Of a stretch of 64,000 bases of DNA, positions 36,603 to 46,389 are shown piece after piece; the first letter of the stretch is position 1, and each line of letters starts with the position of its first letter. Under the pieces are notes generated by a model. The model was given only the letters and a program-made list of their open reading frames with translations, had not been told where the DNA came from and did no database searches. Source of the stretch: Kiritimatiellia bacterium (GTDB lineage: Bacteria; Verrucomicrobiota; Kiritimatiellia; RFP12; UBA1067); the NCBI GenBank assembly GCA_045656285.1, contig JAZOQY010000041.1:129404-193403 (forward strand). The letters run 5' to 3'. Position numbers and translations under genes: made by a program.

Positions 36603-38101
36603 CGGCGTGTTCCTAGGAAATATTTGTAGGCAGGGTCTTTAGAGACATCAAGATAATTGTACCCGATTTCATCGAGCACCTTGGTGAATTCGGCGCGTTC
36701 CTCCTTTGGAACCTGGAATCCCGCAAGAACCTTGCCGTGGTCGGCACCGTGATTGCGGTAGTGGAAAAGCGAAATGTTCCAGCGCCCCGCGATGACGGAG
36801 AGGAATTTCATCAAGGCCCCCGGCTTCTCGGGGAACTCGAACGAATAAACGATTTCGTTCACGATCTTCGACGAGCGCCCTCCCACCATGTGACGAACAT
36901 GCTCCTTCGCAAGAGCGTTATCGGAGAGATCGATGCAGTGGAAGCCCGCAGAGCGAAACGACTTCTGCAAAGCCTTTCGCGCGGCGACATCCTTTACCGA
37001 AACCCCGACGAAGATATGGGCGAGAAGCCCCTCGCTCATGCGATAGTTGAATTCGGTGACGTTGTTGCGGCCGAGCTTTTCGATGAACTTTGAGAAACTT
37101 CCCGGCCCCTCCGGAATCGCGCAGTCGAAAATTGCCTCGCGCCCTTCGCCCAGTTCGGTCTGTTCGCAGACGAAGCGGATGCGGTCGAAGTTCATGTTCG
37201 CGCCCGAAATGACCGACGCGTATGTCTCGCCCTTCTTGGCGACCTTCTTAGCCGCCGCGAGACCGAGCGCGCCGGCAGGCTCGCACACCGCGCGTGTCGC
37301 TTCAAAAATATCCTTAATCGCCGCGCACGTTTCGGCCGTCGAAACGCGGATTATCCCATCGAGATTTTCGCGGCAGAGACGGAAAGTCTCTTCGCCTGGC
37401 TTCTTTACGCAGACGCCGTCGGCGAAGAGTCCGGGATTATCGAGCGTAACGCGACGACCCGCCTTTAGCGACTGGAACATGCAGTCGGAATCCTCAGGCT
37501 CGACACCGTAGACCTTCACTCCCGGACGCACTTTCTTAATATAAGCCGAAACGCCCGCCGCGAGACCGCCGCCGCCGATCGGAACGAACACGGCGTCAAG
37601 CTCGCGCCCGACATCATCGAGAATCTCCTTGCCGACAGTACCCTGACCCGCGATGACATCGGGATCGTCGTACGGCGGAATGAATGTAAGACCGAGCTTC
37701 TTGACGAGTCTCGCCGCCTCTTCTGCGCAGTCGGAATATCCGTCGCCGTGAAGAACGATGTTGGCGCCGTGAGCCTTTACGGCATTGATCTTGATTTCAG
37801 GCGTCGTGACGGGCATCACGATAGTCGCCTTTATGCCGAGCTTTTTGGCGGACAGAGCGACGCCCTGGGCATGATTGCCGGCGGAGGCCGCCAAAACTCC
37901 GCGCTCCAGCACCTCGCGCGGCAAAGAACGCATCTTGTTGTAGGCGCCGCGAATCTTGTAGCTGTGAACACTCTGTAGATCCTCACGCTTCAAAAGGAAG
38001 CGGCAACCGTATTTTTTGGAAAGATCCGACGCTTCATCAAGAGGCGTTTTTATTGCCACGTCATAAACGGAAGCATTGAGGATTTTTATGAGATAGTTCA
38101 T
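36599..38101 (-). CDS. ilvA: Threonine dehydratase, biosynthetic (PLP-dependent, with two C-terminal regulatory ACT-like domains)
   Basis: …SVHSYKIRGAYNKM… (PLP-binding Lys), GGGGL, and about 500 aa with a duplicated regulatory C-terminus. Confidence 0.9.
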   Translation of the reverse strand: MNYLIKILNASVYDVAIKTPLDEASDLSKKYGCRFLLKREDLQSVHSYKIRGAYNKMRSLPREVLERGVLAASAGNHAQGVALSAKKLGIKATIVMPVTTPEIKINAVKAHGANIVLHGDGYSDCAEEAARLVKKLGLTFIPPYDDPDVIAGQGTVGKEILDDVGRELDAVFVPIGGGGLAAGVSAYIKKVRPGVKVYGVEPEDSDCMFQSLKAGRRVTLDNPGLFADGVCVKKPGEETFRLCRENLDGIIRVSTAETCAAIKDIFEATRAVCEPAGALGLAAAKKVAKKGETYASVISGANMNFDRIRFVCEQTELGEGREAIFDCAIPEGPGSFSKFIEKLGRNNVTEFNYRMSEGLLAHIFVGVSVKDVAARKALQKSFRSAGFHCIDLSDNALAKEHVRHMVGGRSSKIVNEIVYSFEFPEKPGALMKFLSVIAGRWNISLFHYRNHGADHGKVLAGFQVPKEERAEFTKVLDEIGYNYLDVSKDPAYKYFLGTRR

Positions 38102-40744
38102 TTAGACATCATCTTTCGCTTTTTCGGCTTCAATTTTCGAAAAATCTATTTCGGGGAATGCTTCTTCGGCCAACGGTCTGTAGTACGTATTGTCAGAAAC
38201 GACTTCATTGACGAATTTCATGTAATAGCCTTCGACTCCTTCAACCGACAGGCAGAACCGTTTGAGAATCATCGCAAGGCCAAGCTTGAATTCAGCCTTT
38301 CTGTTCGCGGAGGAAATCTCTTTCTCGACCTTGTCCGCCAACAGTTTTATTATGAACGGATACTTGTCGTAAATAGTACACCAGCCGTACGGAGATTCGT
38401 TGCCCTTGCCATCTTTGTTTAAAAAGACTATCTTATCTCCATCTGCACTTGCAACTTTCTTTCCGGCAAAATTCCTAATGTACTCATTACGCTTTTTCTT
38501 ATCGGTAATGAGTTTCTCTGTGAACACACCCTTTTTGAATTCATAACCGTTTGAAGCCGCAACCAACTCCTTGTGGGCGACTTGCATCATTTCAATTTTT
38601 TTAACGCCGAAATTCTTGACTCTAATCCGAGCCTCCATGGTTTTAAAGACCTTGCGCTTTCTCTCAATTTCATCCAGCGCACCCTTCCAGTAAAGGTTGC
38701 CGATGTGCTTTTGCACAATTTCGTCTTCAAAAGCCATTTTCGCCTCCCCCAGCTCTCTTTCCAGCAGAGCTTTTCTGGCGGCTTCCTTTTCCTCTTTTTC
38801 ACGCCGGTCCTGCTCTTCCTTCTCGAGTCTATCCTTCTCACGGCGTATCTTCTCTTTTTCCTCTGTGCGACGCTTGGAATCCTGATCGCAGATTTTTTTC
38901 ATTTCTTCGATGCAGCCCCTGGAGGTTTTTCTGAGTTCCGATATTTTTTTACTGTAACTTGTCTCGTAAGGCTTGACTTCGCTTACGAAATCCATCAGGT
39001 CTTTCTTGAAGCCGTCATCGTAGACGATCTTTGACAAACGATCGTCTACCTTAGACTCCAAATCGCCAATCTCCTTGTTCATGGCTTCTATTTGACCTTT
39101 AAGAGATGTCATTTCACCCCAGAGCTTTCGCATTTTCTCCAGGCTTGGCGGCAACACCACCTGAGGCGTCTCTGCTTCTTCAGCGGCAGCGGCCTGCTGC
39201 TCGTCACCAGCGTCGTTCTCCGCTTTTTCGGGCGACGCCTCGACCTTCTCATCTGCATTGTTCCCGGCGGCGGCATTCTGCTCAGGCGCGGCCGCAACCG
39301 CATCGGCGACAGGAGCCTTCGCCTTGGGCTGTCTGATTTCCTTTATGGACGCGAGGACATCCGTATCGCTGTAGATTTCTTCGTATTTGTCAAAGCTTTC
39401 TTTCGTGTCATCCACAACATCTTTCAGGAGTTTCGCGACAGATTCCTTATAAGGCTTCAGCGACTGTTCCTGAAACGCCTTCAAATATTCCACGTCCACA
39501 TCGATCTGTTGTTGCACTTGAAGCTTTTGAGATTCTTTGTCCTTGTTTTCGGAATAGGACTTGATGCCCCAAAGTCCGCCGCCGACCAGAAGGATCGCAC
39601 CAATCAGCACACCGGCAAAAATGGCGACTTTCGCACCGACATTGCCACCCGACTCCTCGTCTTCGTAAGACTCTTCGTCGGATTCGTCGCGAGAGCTCGC
39701 GGAGGCCATTTTCTTGAAATTGCAGGCCTTGCCCGTACTGGAATCACCTGACGATTCTTCCTCGTCGCCATCATCGCCGGACGTTTCCGAAGTTTTCCTG
39801 ATCGACAGTTTCTTTTTGGACTTGATCGTCAATTTCTTTTTGCCCGAAGCCGCAACCTCCGCCGACTTGGCGGGAGCCCCTTGAGGAGCCAGAATCTGTG
39901 ATGAAGAAAGTCCAACGGTCATGACCGCCTTGAAATCGGCAAGCAACGCCTCAAACGACGGATAACGATCGCCGGGATTAAAAGCAAGCATCCGCATTAC
40001 AAGCGCATCAATCTGAGGAGAAAGCTCCGGACGGTTTTCGCTGGGCTTGCGAGGAATGAATTCGAAACGCTTTCTGACTACGGTCATTGCGTCGTCGCCC
40101 TCGAAAGGAGCCACTCCGCAAAGAGCATGATAGAGCGTTCCGCCGAGGGAATACATGTCGGCACGATAGTCAACGGCATCCTTGCGGACCTTCTCGGGGG
40201 CGATATAATACGGCGTCCCCCAAATCTCATCGGTGTCATGCTGCATCGCAGCAAGGCCGAAGTCGACAATTTTAGCATTCCCGTTGGCATCGAGCAAAAT
40301 GTTCTCGGGCTTGATATCGCCGTGGACAAGACCCTGATCGGCCGCACAGCGAAGAGCCTGGGCAACCTGCTCGCAAATCTTCATGATGCGAGGTATGTCG
40401 GAATTGGCCCCTGAATTGCGCATGATCTGATCGAGAGACCCTCCCGCGACAAGTTCCATCGCGATATAGGGCATCCCGTCGGAAATTCCGTAGGAATATA
40501 CCTGGGCGATATTGGGATGGATAAGACGGGCAGCAGCCTGGGCCTCCTTTTTGAAGCGCTCTACAAATCCGGCGTCACTGCCGAATTCCTTGAGCATCAC
40601 CTTGACGGCGACAGGTCGATCGAGCATCTTGTCGCGGCCTAGATAGACGCCGCCCATGCCGCCTCTGCCGAGTTCGCGCTCCAGAAGAAAATTACCGTTT
40701 TCACCAAATACACAAGGCGTCTGAATCAACTGCACATCACTCAT
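38102..40744 (-). CDS. Receptor-like Ser/Thr protein kinase (Hanks-type) with a single TM helix and a large coiled-coil/charged C-terminal region
   Basis: GRGGMGGVYLG…VAVK…HGDIKPENILL…DFGLA…APE. An acidic low-complexity linker and a TM helix (VAIFAGVLIGAILLVGGGLWGI). A Lys/Glu/Arg-rich coiled-coil region (…EKEKIRREKDRLEKEEQDRREKEEKE…). Start re-picked at MSDVQ (ATG 40742–40744), forming an ATGA overlap. Confidence 0.8.
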   Translation of the reverse strand: MSDVQLIQTPCVFGENGNFLLERELGRGGMGGVYLGRDKMLDRPVAVKVMLKEFGSDAGFVERFKKEAQAAARLIHPNIAQVYSYGISDGMPYIAMELVAGGSLDQIMRNSGANSDIPRIMKICEQVAQALRCAADQGLVHGDIKPENILLDANGNAKIVDFGLAAMQHDTDEIWGTPYYIAPEKVRKDAVDYRADMYSLGGTLYHALCGVAPFEGDDAMTVVRKRFEFIPRKPSENRPELSPQIDALVMRMLAFNPGDRYPSFEALLADFKAVMTVGLSSSQILAPQGAPAKSAEVAASGKKKLTIKSKKKLSIRKTSETSGDDGDEEESSGDSSTGKACNFKKMASASSRDESDEESYEDEESGGNVGAKVAIFAGVLIGAILLVGGGLWGIKSYSENKDKESQKLQVQQQIDVDVEYLKAFQEQSLKPYKESVAKLLKDVVDDTKESFDKYEEIYSDTDVLASIKEIRQPKAKAPVADAVAAAPEQNAAAGNNADEKVEASPEKAENDAGDEQQAAAAEEAETPQVVLPPSLEKMRKLWGEMTSLKGQIEAMNKEIGDLESKVDDRLSKIVYDDGFKKDLMDFVSEVKPYETSYSKKISELRKTSRGCIEEMKKICDQDSKRRTEEKEKIRREKDRLEKEEQDRREKEEKEAARKALLERELGEAKMAFEDEIVQKHIGNLYWKGALDEIERKRKVFKTMEARIRVKNFGVKKIEMMQVAHKELVAASNGYEFKKGVFTEKLITDKKKRNEYIRNFAGKKVASADGDKIVFLNKDGKGNESPYGWCTIYDKYPFIIKLLADKVEKEISSANRKAEFKLGLAMILKRFCLSVEGVEGYYMKFVNEVVSDNTYYRPLAEEAFPEIDFSKIEAEKAKDDV

Positions 40745-41724
40745 TTTATCGTCCCCCATCTAGGATTGATGATTGGCCAGAAAACGCAAGAGGCGTTACC
40801 CGTCACCTTCTTCTCAGGCACCGCGCCCCAATAACGGCTGTCATAACTGTTATCGGAATTGTCTCCGCAAGTAAAATATTCATTTTCGCCAAGCTTGACT
40901 TCACCGTCCATCGCAACCTCTCCGCCGTTTTTGACGCCAGGATTGGGCCTGGGGGTCGCTTCACCGCGCGCGCCCTTCATCGGCTTCAGCGGAGGCATGA
41001 CCGTTCCGTCAATAAAGACATCGCCAGCCCCGGTTATTTCAATCGTCTCATTGGGCAAAGCCGTCACGCGCTTGATGTAGTGAGTCCCCTGCATAAGACC
41101 GTCGATGCCTGTTGTGGAAAAAACCATCACATCGCCTCGGGCCGGCTTTCTGAAATTCCATTTCCATCTGTTTACGAAAACAAAATCGCCCGAGGTATCG
41201 TATCCGGCAAAAATCTTCTGACCCTTTTTAACACGATACGGATAGGCACCCAACATGGAACTCCCAGGATTGCTCCAGAGGGATTTAAGAACCTGCGCGC
41301 GGCTTCCCGTTTCTCCGAGGAATTTCAGCGTTTCAGTACCGTCGCTCAAAGATTTCTCGATATGGGTTAAAGCATCGTCGGGAACCTTAATCTCCTCGGA
41401 ACGCTTTAACGCAGAGGCCACATAAACGACCACGCGCCCGTCGTCCGCGCGTTTCTCGGCGCATACCTCGCCGTCAAACGGCGCCACAAGTTCCTTGTAG
41501 TCACGACCGGATGCGAGCCAATTGAGCCACTTTAGCGGCGTCGTCTCCCAGACGCCGGGATTTTCACAAGGCTGAAAATGATTACCGTACAACGTCGGCT
41601 GCATCGAGCCGGTCGGAATGTTGAACGGCTCGTAGAAATAAGCGCGAAAGGCCATCGCGACCGAAATCGCGACGACCAATGTATCAAGCCATTCCTTGGC
41701 GTAATCTTTAAGACTCTTCGCCAT
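40741..41724 (-). CDS. lepB: Signal peptidase I (S26 family)
   Basis: …IPTGSMQPTL… (catalytic Ser box) and downstream box motifs (…YIKRVTALPNETIEI…GDNSDNSYDSRYWG…). Confidence 0.8.
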   Translation of the reverse strand: MAKSLKDYAKEWLDTLVVAISVAMAFRAYFYEPFNIPTGSMQPTLYGNHFQPCENPGVWETTPLKWLNWLASGRDYKELVAPFDGEVCAEKRADDGRVVVYVASALKRSEEIKVPDDALTHIEKSLSDGTETLKFLGETGSRAQVLKSLWSNPGSSMLGAYPYRVKKGQKIFAGYDTSGDFVFVNRWKWNFRKPARGDVMVFSTTGIDGLMQGTHYIKRVTALPNETIEITGAGDVFIDGTVMPPLKPMKGARGEATPRPNPGVKNGGEVAMDGEVKLGENEYFTCGDNSDNSYDSRYWGAVPEKKVTGNASCVFWPIINPRWGTIK

Positions 41725-41727
41725 TTA

Positions 41728-43224
41728 TCACGTGCGGTAGTTGGGAGCTTCCTTGGTGATTGTGATATCGTGAGGACGAGCCTCCTTAAGTCCCGCGGTC
41801 GTGATGCGGAAGAACTTGCCCTTCTTCTGAAGCTCTTCGATCGTCTTGGAGCCGCAGTAGCCGAGTGAGGCCTTGAGGCCGCCGCAGAACTGGGTCATGA
41901 TCGACTTCACATGTCCGGAGTAGGGAACCATTCCCTCGATGCCCTGAGGCACGAGATCGTCGTCGGACTCGTTATCCTGGAAGTAGCGCGCGCGCGAACC
42001 CTTTCCGTTCTTGAGCGCGGCCATCGAACCCATTCCGCGATAGACGACGTACTGACGGCCGTTGGAATAGATCTTCTCGCCGGGAGACTCCTCGGTGCCC
42101 GCGAGAACGGAACCGAGCATGACGGAATCGGCGCCCGCCGCGAGCGCCTTGGGCACGTCGCCCGAAAGCTTGATGCCGCCGTCGGCGATGACGGCGACGC
42201 CCGTTCCGCGAAGAGCCTTGGCGGCGTTGTAGACGGCAGTAAGCTGGGGAATGCCTACGCCGCAAACGACGCGGGTCGTGCAGATGGAGCCGGGGCCGAT
42301 GCCGACCTTAACGGCATGGGCGCCGCACTTCGCGAGCGCGAGAGCCGCCTCGCCCGTGGCGATGTTGCCGGCGATGACGTCGATCTTGGGGAAGTGCTTG
42401 ACGATGTACTTCGTCATTTCCATGATGCCCTTCGAGTGGCCGTGGGCGCTGTCGACGACGACAACGTCAACACCAGCCTCCGCGAGCTTCTCAAGACGGC
42501 TCAAATCGCCCTTGCCGCCGGAGACGGATGCGGAGACTCTGAGACGGTGCTTGTCGTCGCAGTTGTAAGTCGGGTTCTGGTTCTCGATGAGACGCTGGAC
42601 ATCGGTAAAGCTGTAGAGACCGACGACGCGACCGGACTTGTCGACGAGGGGGAGCTTGCCGACCTTGGCCGCACGCATGAGATCGTAAGCCTTCTTGAGC
42701 GAAGTCGAAGGAGCCGCAGTGATGGGGGCGAGCTGCATGACGTCCTTGAGCTTCTTGGCCTCCATCGGAGCAAAGCGCATATCGGACGAGGTGATCATGC
42801 CGACGAGCTTGTCGTTCTTGTCGAGAACGGGGAAGCCGTTGAACTTGAGGCCCATGCGCTTCTTCTCGCTTCTCAAAAAGCTGATGTCGTCATTCTCGTG
42901 GAAACACACAGGCGCGGCGATAAGGCCGTTGAGGTAGTTCTTCACCTTGGCGACTTCGCGGGCCTGCTCGTCTTCTTCGAGATTCTTATGGATAACGCCG
43001 ATACCGCCCGCGAGAGCCATCGCGATAGCCATCGGAGCTTCGGTAACCGTATCCATCGCAGCGGAGATAAAGGGAATTTTCATCTTCGTGCGGCTGGTGA
43101 GATTCGTCTCGAGCGACGTATCGTCTGGCAAGAAATCGGCATATTGGGTCACGAGCGTGACATCGTCATACGTAAGGCCTTCATAAGGAAAGGCCTTCAT
43201 GAAAGAATCCATATATTTATTCAT
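41728..43224 (-). CDS. guaB: Inosine-5'-monophosphate dehydrogenase
   Basis: …[10 protein letters not shown]…, a CBS pair, the catalytic loop …[13 protein letters not shown]…, and …GGIKLSGD…. The start is ambiguous: ATG 43222–43224 (MNKY, preceded by GAAGGGGAAATT) or ATG 43243–43245. Confidence 0.9.
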   Translation of the reverse strand: MNKYMDSFMKAFPYEGLTYDDVTLVTQYADFLPDDTSLETNLTSRTKMKIPFISAAMDTVTEAPMAIAMALAGGIGVIHKNLEEDEQAREVAKVKNYLNGLIAAPVCFHENDDISFLRSEKKRMGLKFNGFPVLDKNDKLVGMITSSDMRFAPMEAKKLKDVMQLAPITAAPSTSLKKAYDLMRAAKVGKLPLVDKSGRVVGLYSFTDVQRLIENQNPTYNCDDKHRLRVSASVSGGKGDLSRLEKLAEAGVDVVVVDSAHGHSKGIMEMTKYIVKHFPKIDVIAGNIATGEAALALAKCGAHAVKVGIGPGSICTTRVVCGVGIPQLTAVYNAAKALRGTGVAVIADGGIKLSGDVPKALAAGADSVMLGSVLAGTEESPGEKIYSNGRQYVVYRGMGSMAALKNGKGSRARYFQDNESDDDLVPQGIEGMVPYSGHVKSIMTQFCGGLKASLGYCGSKTIEELQKKGKFFRITTAGLKEARPHDITITKEAPNYRT

Positions 43225-43264
43225 AATTTCCCCTTCGGGGCGCATAACCCCTTTTGATTGTAAA

Positions 43265-43278
43265 TTATACCAAAAAAG
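43265..43278 (-). promoter_or_regulatory. Candidate extended −10 element TTTTTTGGTATAAT upstream of guaB
   Basis: Reverse complement of attataccaaaaaa. Upstream of it lies a palindromic tttgcgcaaa. Confidence 0.45.
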
Positions 43279-43331
43279 AGTTCTTTGCGCAAAGCGAAAC
43301 TGAGCGCCATGAGCCGTCAGTACCCATAAAA

Positions 43332-43404
43332 GCCCGACGCAGAACCCGTTTGCCGGGCGACATGCCCGCGACTTGCGGCTAGTTCAAGCCGAAAGTCGCA
43401 AGTC
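43332..43404 (-). terminator. GC-rich hairpins (gacttgcg…cgcaagtc; cgggc…gcccg) then TTTTAT, downstream of the β-helix gene's stop: candidate intrinsic terminator
   Basis: Inverted repeats read from the sequence. The U-tract is separated from the main stem, so this is weak. Confidence 0.3.
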
Positions 43405-43413
43405 ACGGCATCG

Positions 43414-46254
43414 TCACTTCTTGCTGTCGGGCGCTTTTTGAGGCGCAGGCGGCGGAATCGTAGCCGGAAGATCGCCGAGAACGGGAGCGCCCTTGGACAT
43501 CCTGTTCCTGTTCGATACAAACGTCACCGACTTCGTGGGCTTTTTAGGATTCTTCTTTTTAGCCTCAGCGCTCCACTTGTACGAAGAGCATCCGATCGCG
43601 CTATCAAAGCCGGGGCCGAACGCACAATTCGTGACAGTAATAGTACCCGCTACGGTATCACCGGGATTGGAAGAGCGCCAGTCGGAGATATCGCAGAAGA
43701 TTACGCCGGACTTCGCGGTCGTAGTAGCCTTGCAAGAATCGAACTCGATCTGACCGATACCATACGCACCGAGACGGAGGAAGTACTTACCGGGAACATC
43801 GAATGTGCAATTCTTAAACTTAATATTACTGGCTCTGACCCAATAGCCGTTCCACATAGATGTATTCGTAAACTTGCAGTTCTCAAACTCCATCGAGCCG
43901 CCTGAAATTCCGCCTAAGTAGCAGCCGTCAAATTCACAATTCTTAAAGGTCTGCTTACCTTCAAGGAAATTGCCAAATGAGACTTTATTAAACTTGCAGT
44001 CATCAAACACATTTCTGCCTCTGAAGGCGTTGAACTTACCGCCCTTCATGACAACGCCGTTCCACCTGCCGCTCATAATGTGATTGACCTGGCAGTTTTC
44101 GAAATAGCACCCTACCGCATTGGCAGGCGCCATAGCACGATTTGAAGCCTTGGAATTAACGAGACGCGCAGAGTCGCTTAACGAAACCCAAGCGTTATTG
44201 TTAGTACTCGTTGTCATCAAATCCAAATCGTAAAAGGCATAATCCCATCCTAAGCGCGAATCGCTTCTCGTTTGAGGAACGGAAAGTCCCTTTGAATATG
44301 TATTGCGGATAAAGCGCCCGTAACCGGAGCGATTCTGACTGTCGCAATAATATGAACCGGTAGTAAGCTTATTATCGCGGACGCAAGACGAATTAGTACG
44401 ACCCCAGAAATGAATCGCGCACTCGTTCTTTTCGAAAATGAAGTTATGACCGCAGCATGTAAGGAGCGAATTGTTAAGCATATTGCCGCTACACTTGTTC
44501 CCGATGAAGGTCGTATCCTGCATCATATCCCAGCCGTCTTCCGCGTCGAACGCGCACTTGGCGGCGGACTCTCCGCTGCGGGTAATAAAGTTACCCTCAA
44601 AGAGGAAGTTTCTCATCGCGCTTGCCGCGTAGCCTACACAGCGTGCGCGATCGAAAGTACAATTCTTAATAATGCAGTTTCTCGGGATGAAAAACGCGCA
44701 AAGAGTAAGCCCCGTCTTATTAGCCTCTTCCAACGACCAGTTAAGCTGGGTTACGCGCAAAAACGCGGCGTTGGCGGGAATCGGAATTTCGCGATACTGA
44801 TAAATCGTCTCGGACGAAATAAACTTTTTATCCTTATCGTACCAGCAACCGACGAGCTGCCACTGCTGAGAAGCGATGCCCTGATAACCGAGATACTTCG
44901 AGACTTGAACACGCTTAACCTTTTCGGGCTCAACCTTAACGAAGCCGCTCGTAAACTGAAGTTTACGATCCTCGATAAGCTCACCGGTCTTAGGATCGAG
45001 CGCACCCGGAACGAACTTACCAAGACCGCGATGATAACGATGGAGGGAACCATTACGCTTACCCATACCATTACTGCCGCCGTAGCCTGTAATATCCTTA
45101 ATGACTACATCTTGAACCGAGCAGTCAACCGACTCAGCAGAAATTGAAAATCCGAGCGGCCATTCGGGATTGTTGGGCAATGCGTCATAAAGATGCTCAA
45201 AATAATCACCTTCAATCGTACCGTTCACCAAGTGAGCGTCCTTAACGTCTGCAATTCTGACCATACAGCCGTGAACACCCGCAAACCCGTTACATTTAAT
45301 GGTAGCGCCGTTTAAGTCAAGCGTCATGTTCGAAGGTAAGCTAATCGATGAAAAACCGCTTATACGGTAAGTGCCGGGGAGCATAACAACCTTTTTAAAG
45401 CCGGCGGCCGCCTTATCATTAAGAAGTTTCTGTAAGCCCTGCGCCGTTTTTAAAGAGGTCTGTTCAACTTTATTCGTATCGTAACCAGAATCGTTTACGA
45501 CCTTAAGAGCACGCCAAGAGTTGAAAATGATATTTCCGCCGCGCGCTGGAGCATAAACCGTATAGCCGACCTTACCGTCATTAGCCTTAGTGGGATTTTC
45601 TTCGATGTACTTAGCGATTACTTCCTTATACATCTTAAACTGATCATTAAAGGCCATCTTCTTAGGCGGATGAGGAACTTCAACTAAAACCATACGCCCT
45701 AAATCGCCCTTATTGCAAATTTCGTACGCGTTAAGATCGTCAGCCGTCATCGTATATACTTTGTCGGCGGGGATTTTAAGATCCTCAGGAGTTACAACGC
45801 GGAAAGTATGCCAAACGCGATGAGATTCGAGATTATTAGCGCGATTTACCGCCCAAATGCAAACCTCATACTCGCCCTTCGGAAACGGCTTAAAGGAGAA
45901 CTTACCGTCACCCGCGCCAACATTATTCTTAGTTCGCTTAAGCTCACGCCCAGTCGAAGTAACAACCTTTAAGTAGACGTCAAAGCGATGGGAGTTATCA
46001 CGAAAACGCTCCTGGGAATGATTGTAATCGGTGACGTAATAACTAAACTCAACCTTCTCGTCAGTCGTCACAATAGGCTTAACGTAATAGGCCGAAACAT
46101 AAGGGAACTGACGTTCAACCGGCGCCTTAAAATAACGCGGGGGTTCGAAAACTTTCTTAAGATTCGAAGGATCAGTAAATTCACCTGGAATAACAGGCTG
46201 CGCAAAAAGCGAACCGGTCACTAAACACAAAGACAAAACTAATAACCTTTTCAT
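43414..46254 (-). CDS. Secreted right-handed parallel β-helix repeat protein (pectate-lyase-fold; possible polysaccharide lyase/hydrolase)
   Basis: Signal peptide MKRLLVLSLCLVTGSLFAQP. Many Asn/Cys-ladder β-helix repeats (…NCTFDRARCVGYAAS…IGNKCSGNMLNNSLLTCCGHNFIFEKNECAIHF…). Lys/Pro-rich C-terminal tail. Start re-picked (ATG 46252–46254); the track begins at a TTG 7 codons upstream. Confidence 0.6.
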   Translation of the reverse strand: MKRLLVLSLCLVTGSLFAQPVIPGEFTDPSNLKKVFEPPRYFKAPVERQFPYVSAYYVKPIVTTDEKVEFSYYVTDYNHSQERFRDNSHRFDVYLKVVTSTGRELKRTKNNVGAGDGKFSFKPFPKGEYEVCIWAVNRANNLESHRVWHTFRVVTPEDLKIPADKVYTMTADDLNAYEICNKGDLGRMVLVEVPHPPKKMAFNDQFKMYKEVIAKYIEENPTKANDGKVGYTVYAPARGGNIIFNSWRALKVVNDSGYDTNKVEQTSLKTAQGLQKLLNDKAAAGFKKVVMLPGTYRISGFSSISLPSNMTLDLNGATIKCNGFAGVHGCMVRIADVKDAHLVNGTIEGDYFEHLYDALPNNPEWPLGFSISAESVDCSVQDVVIKDITGYGGSNGMGKRNGSLHRYHRGLGKFVPGALDPKTGELIEDRKLQFTSGFVKVEPEKVKRVQVSKYLGYQGIASQQWQLVGCWYDKDKKFISSETIYQYREIPIPANAAFLRVTQLNWSLEEANKTGLTLCAFFIPRNCIIKNCTFDRARCVGYAASAMRNFLFEGNFITRSGESAAKCAFDAEDGWDMMQDTTFIGNKCSGNMLNNSLLTCCGHNFIFEKNECAIHFWGRTNSSCVRDNKLTTGSYYCDSQNRSGYGRFIRNTYSKGLSVPQTRSDSRLGWDYAFYDLDLMTTSTNNNAWVSLSDSARLVNSKASNRAMAPANAVGCYFENCQVNHIMSGRWNGVVMKGGKFNAFRGRNVFDDCKFNKVSFGNFLEGKQTFKNCEFDGCYLGGISGGSMEFENCKFTNTSMWNGYWVRASNIKFKNCTFDVPGKYFLRLGAYGIGQIEFDSCKATTTAKSGVIFCDISDWRSSNPGDTVAGTITVTNCAFGPGFDSAIGCSSYKWSAEAKKKNPKKPTKSVTFVSNRNRMSKGAPVLGDLPATIPPPAPQKAPDSKK

Positions 46255-46290
46255 AATTTGCTCTTTCATTTTCAAATTCTAAACTTTTGC

Positions 46291-46303
46291 ATTATACCAA
46301 AAA
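46291..46303 (-). promoter_or_regulatory. Candidate extended −10 element TTTTTGGTATAAT upstream of the β-helix gene
   Basis: Reverse complement of attataccaaaaa. Confidence 0.4.
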
Positions 46304-46389
46304 CACAACGCCGAACACAACGAGCGATATTTCCTGCAGACGCAAAAATGTTAAAAAACGGGACTCCTCGAAAACTTTCTCCGTTGGCG

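Noticed and set aside
41911-43257. 448-aa plus-strand ORF opposite guaB
   Set aside because: It is an antisense shadow of a highly conserved IMPDH gene. It is Asp/Gly/Ala/Leu-rich and repetitive.
43317-43520. 67-aa minus-strand ORF in the guaB/β-helix intergenic region
   Set aside because: It covers the hairpin/terminator region and the 3' end of the β-helix gene in another frame. It has no SD and no conservation cue.
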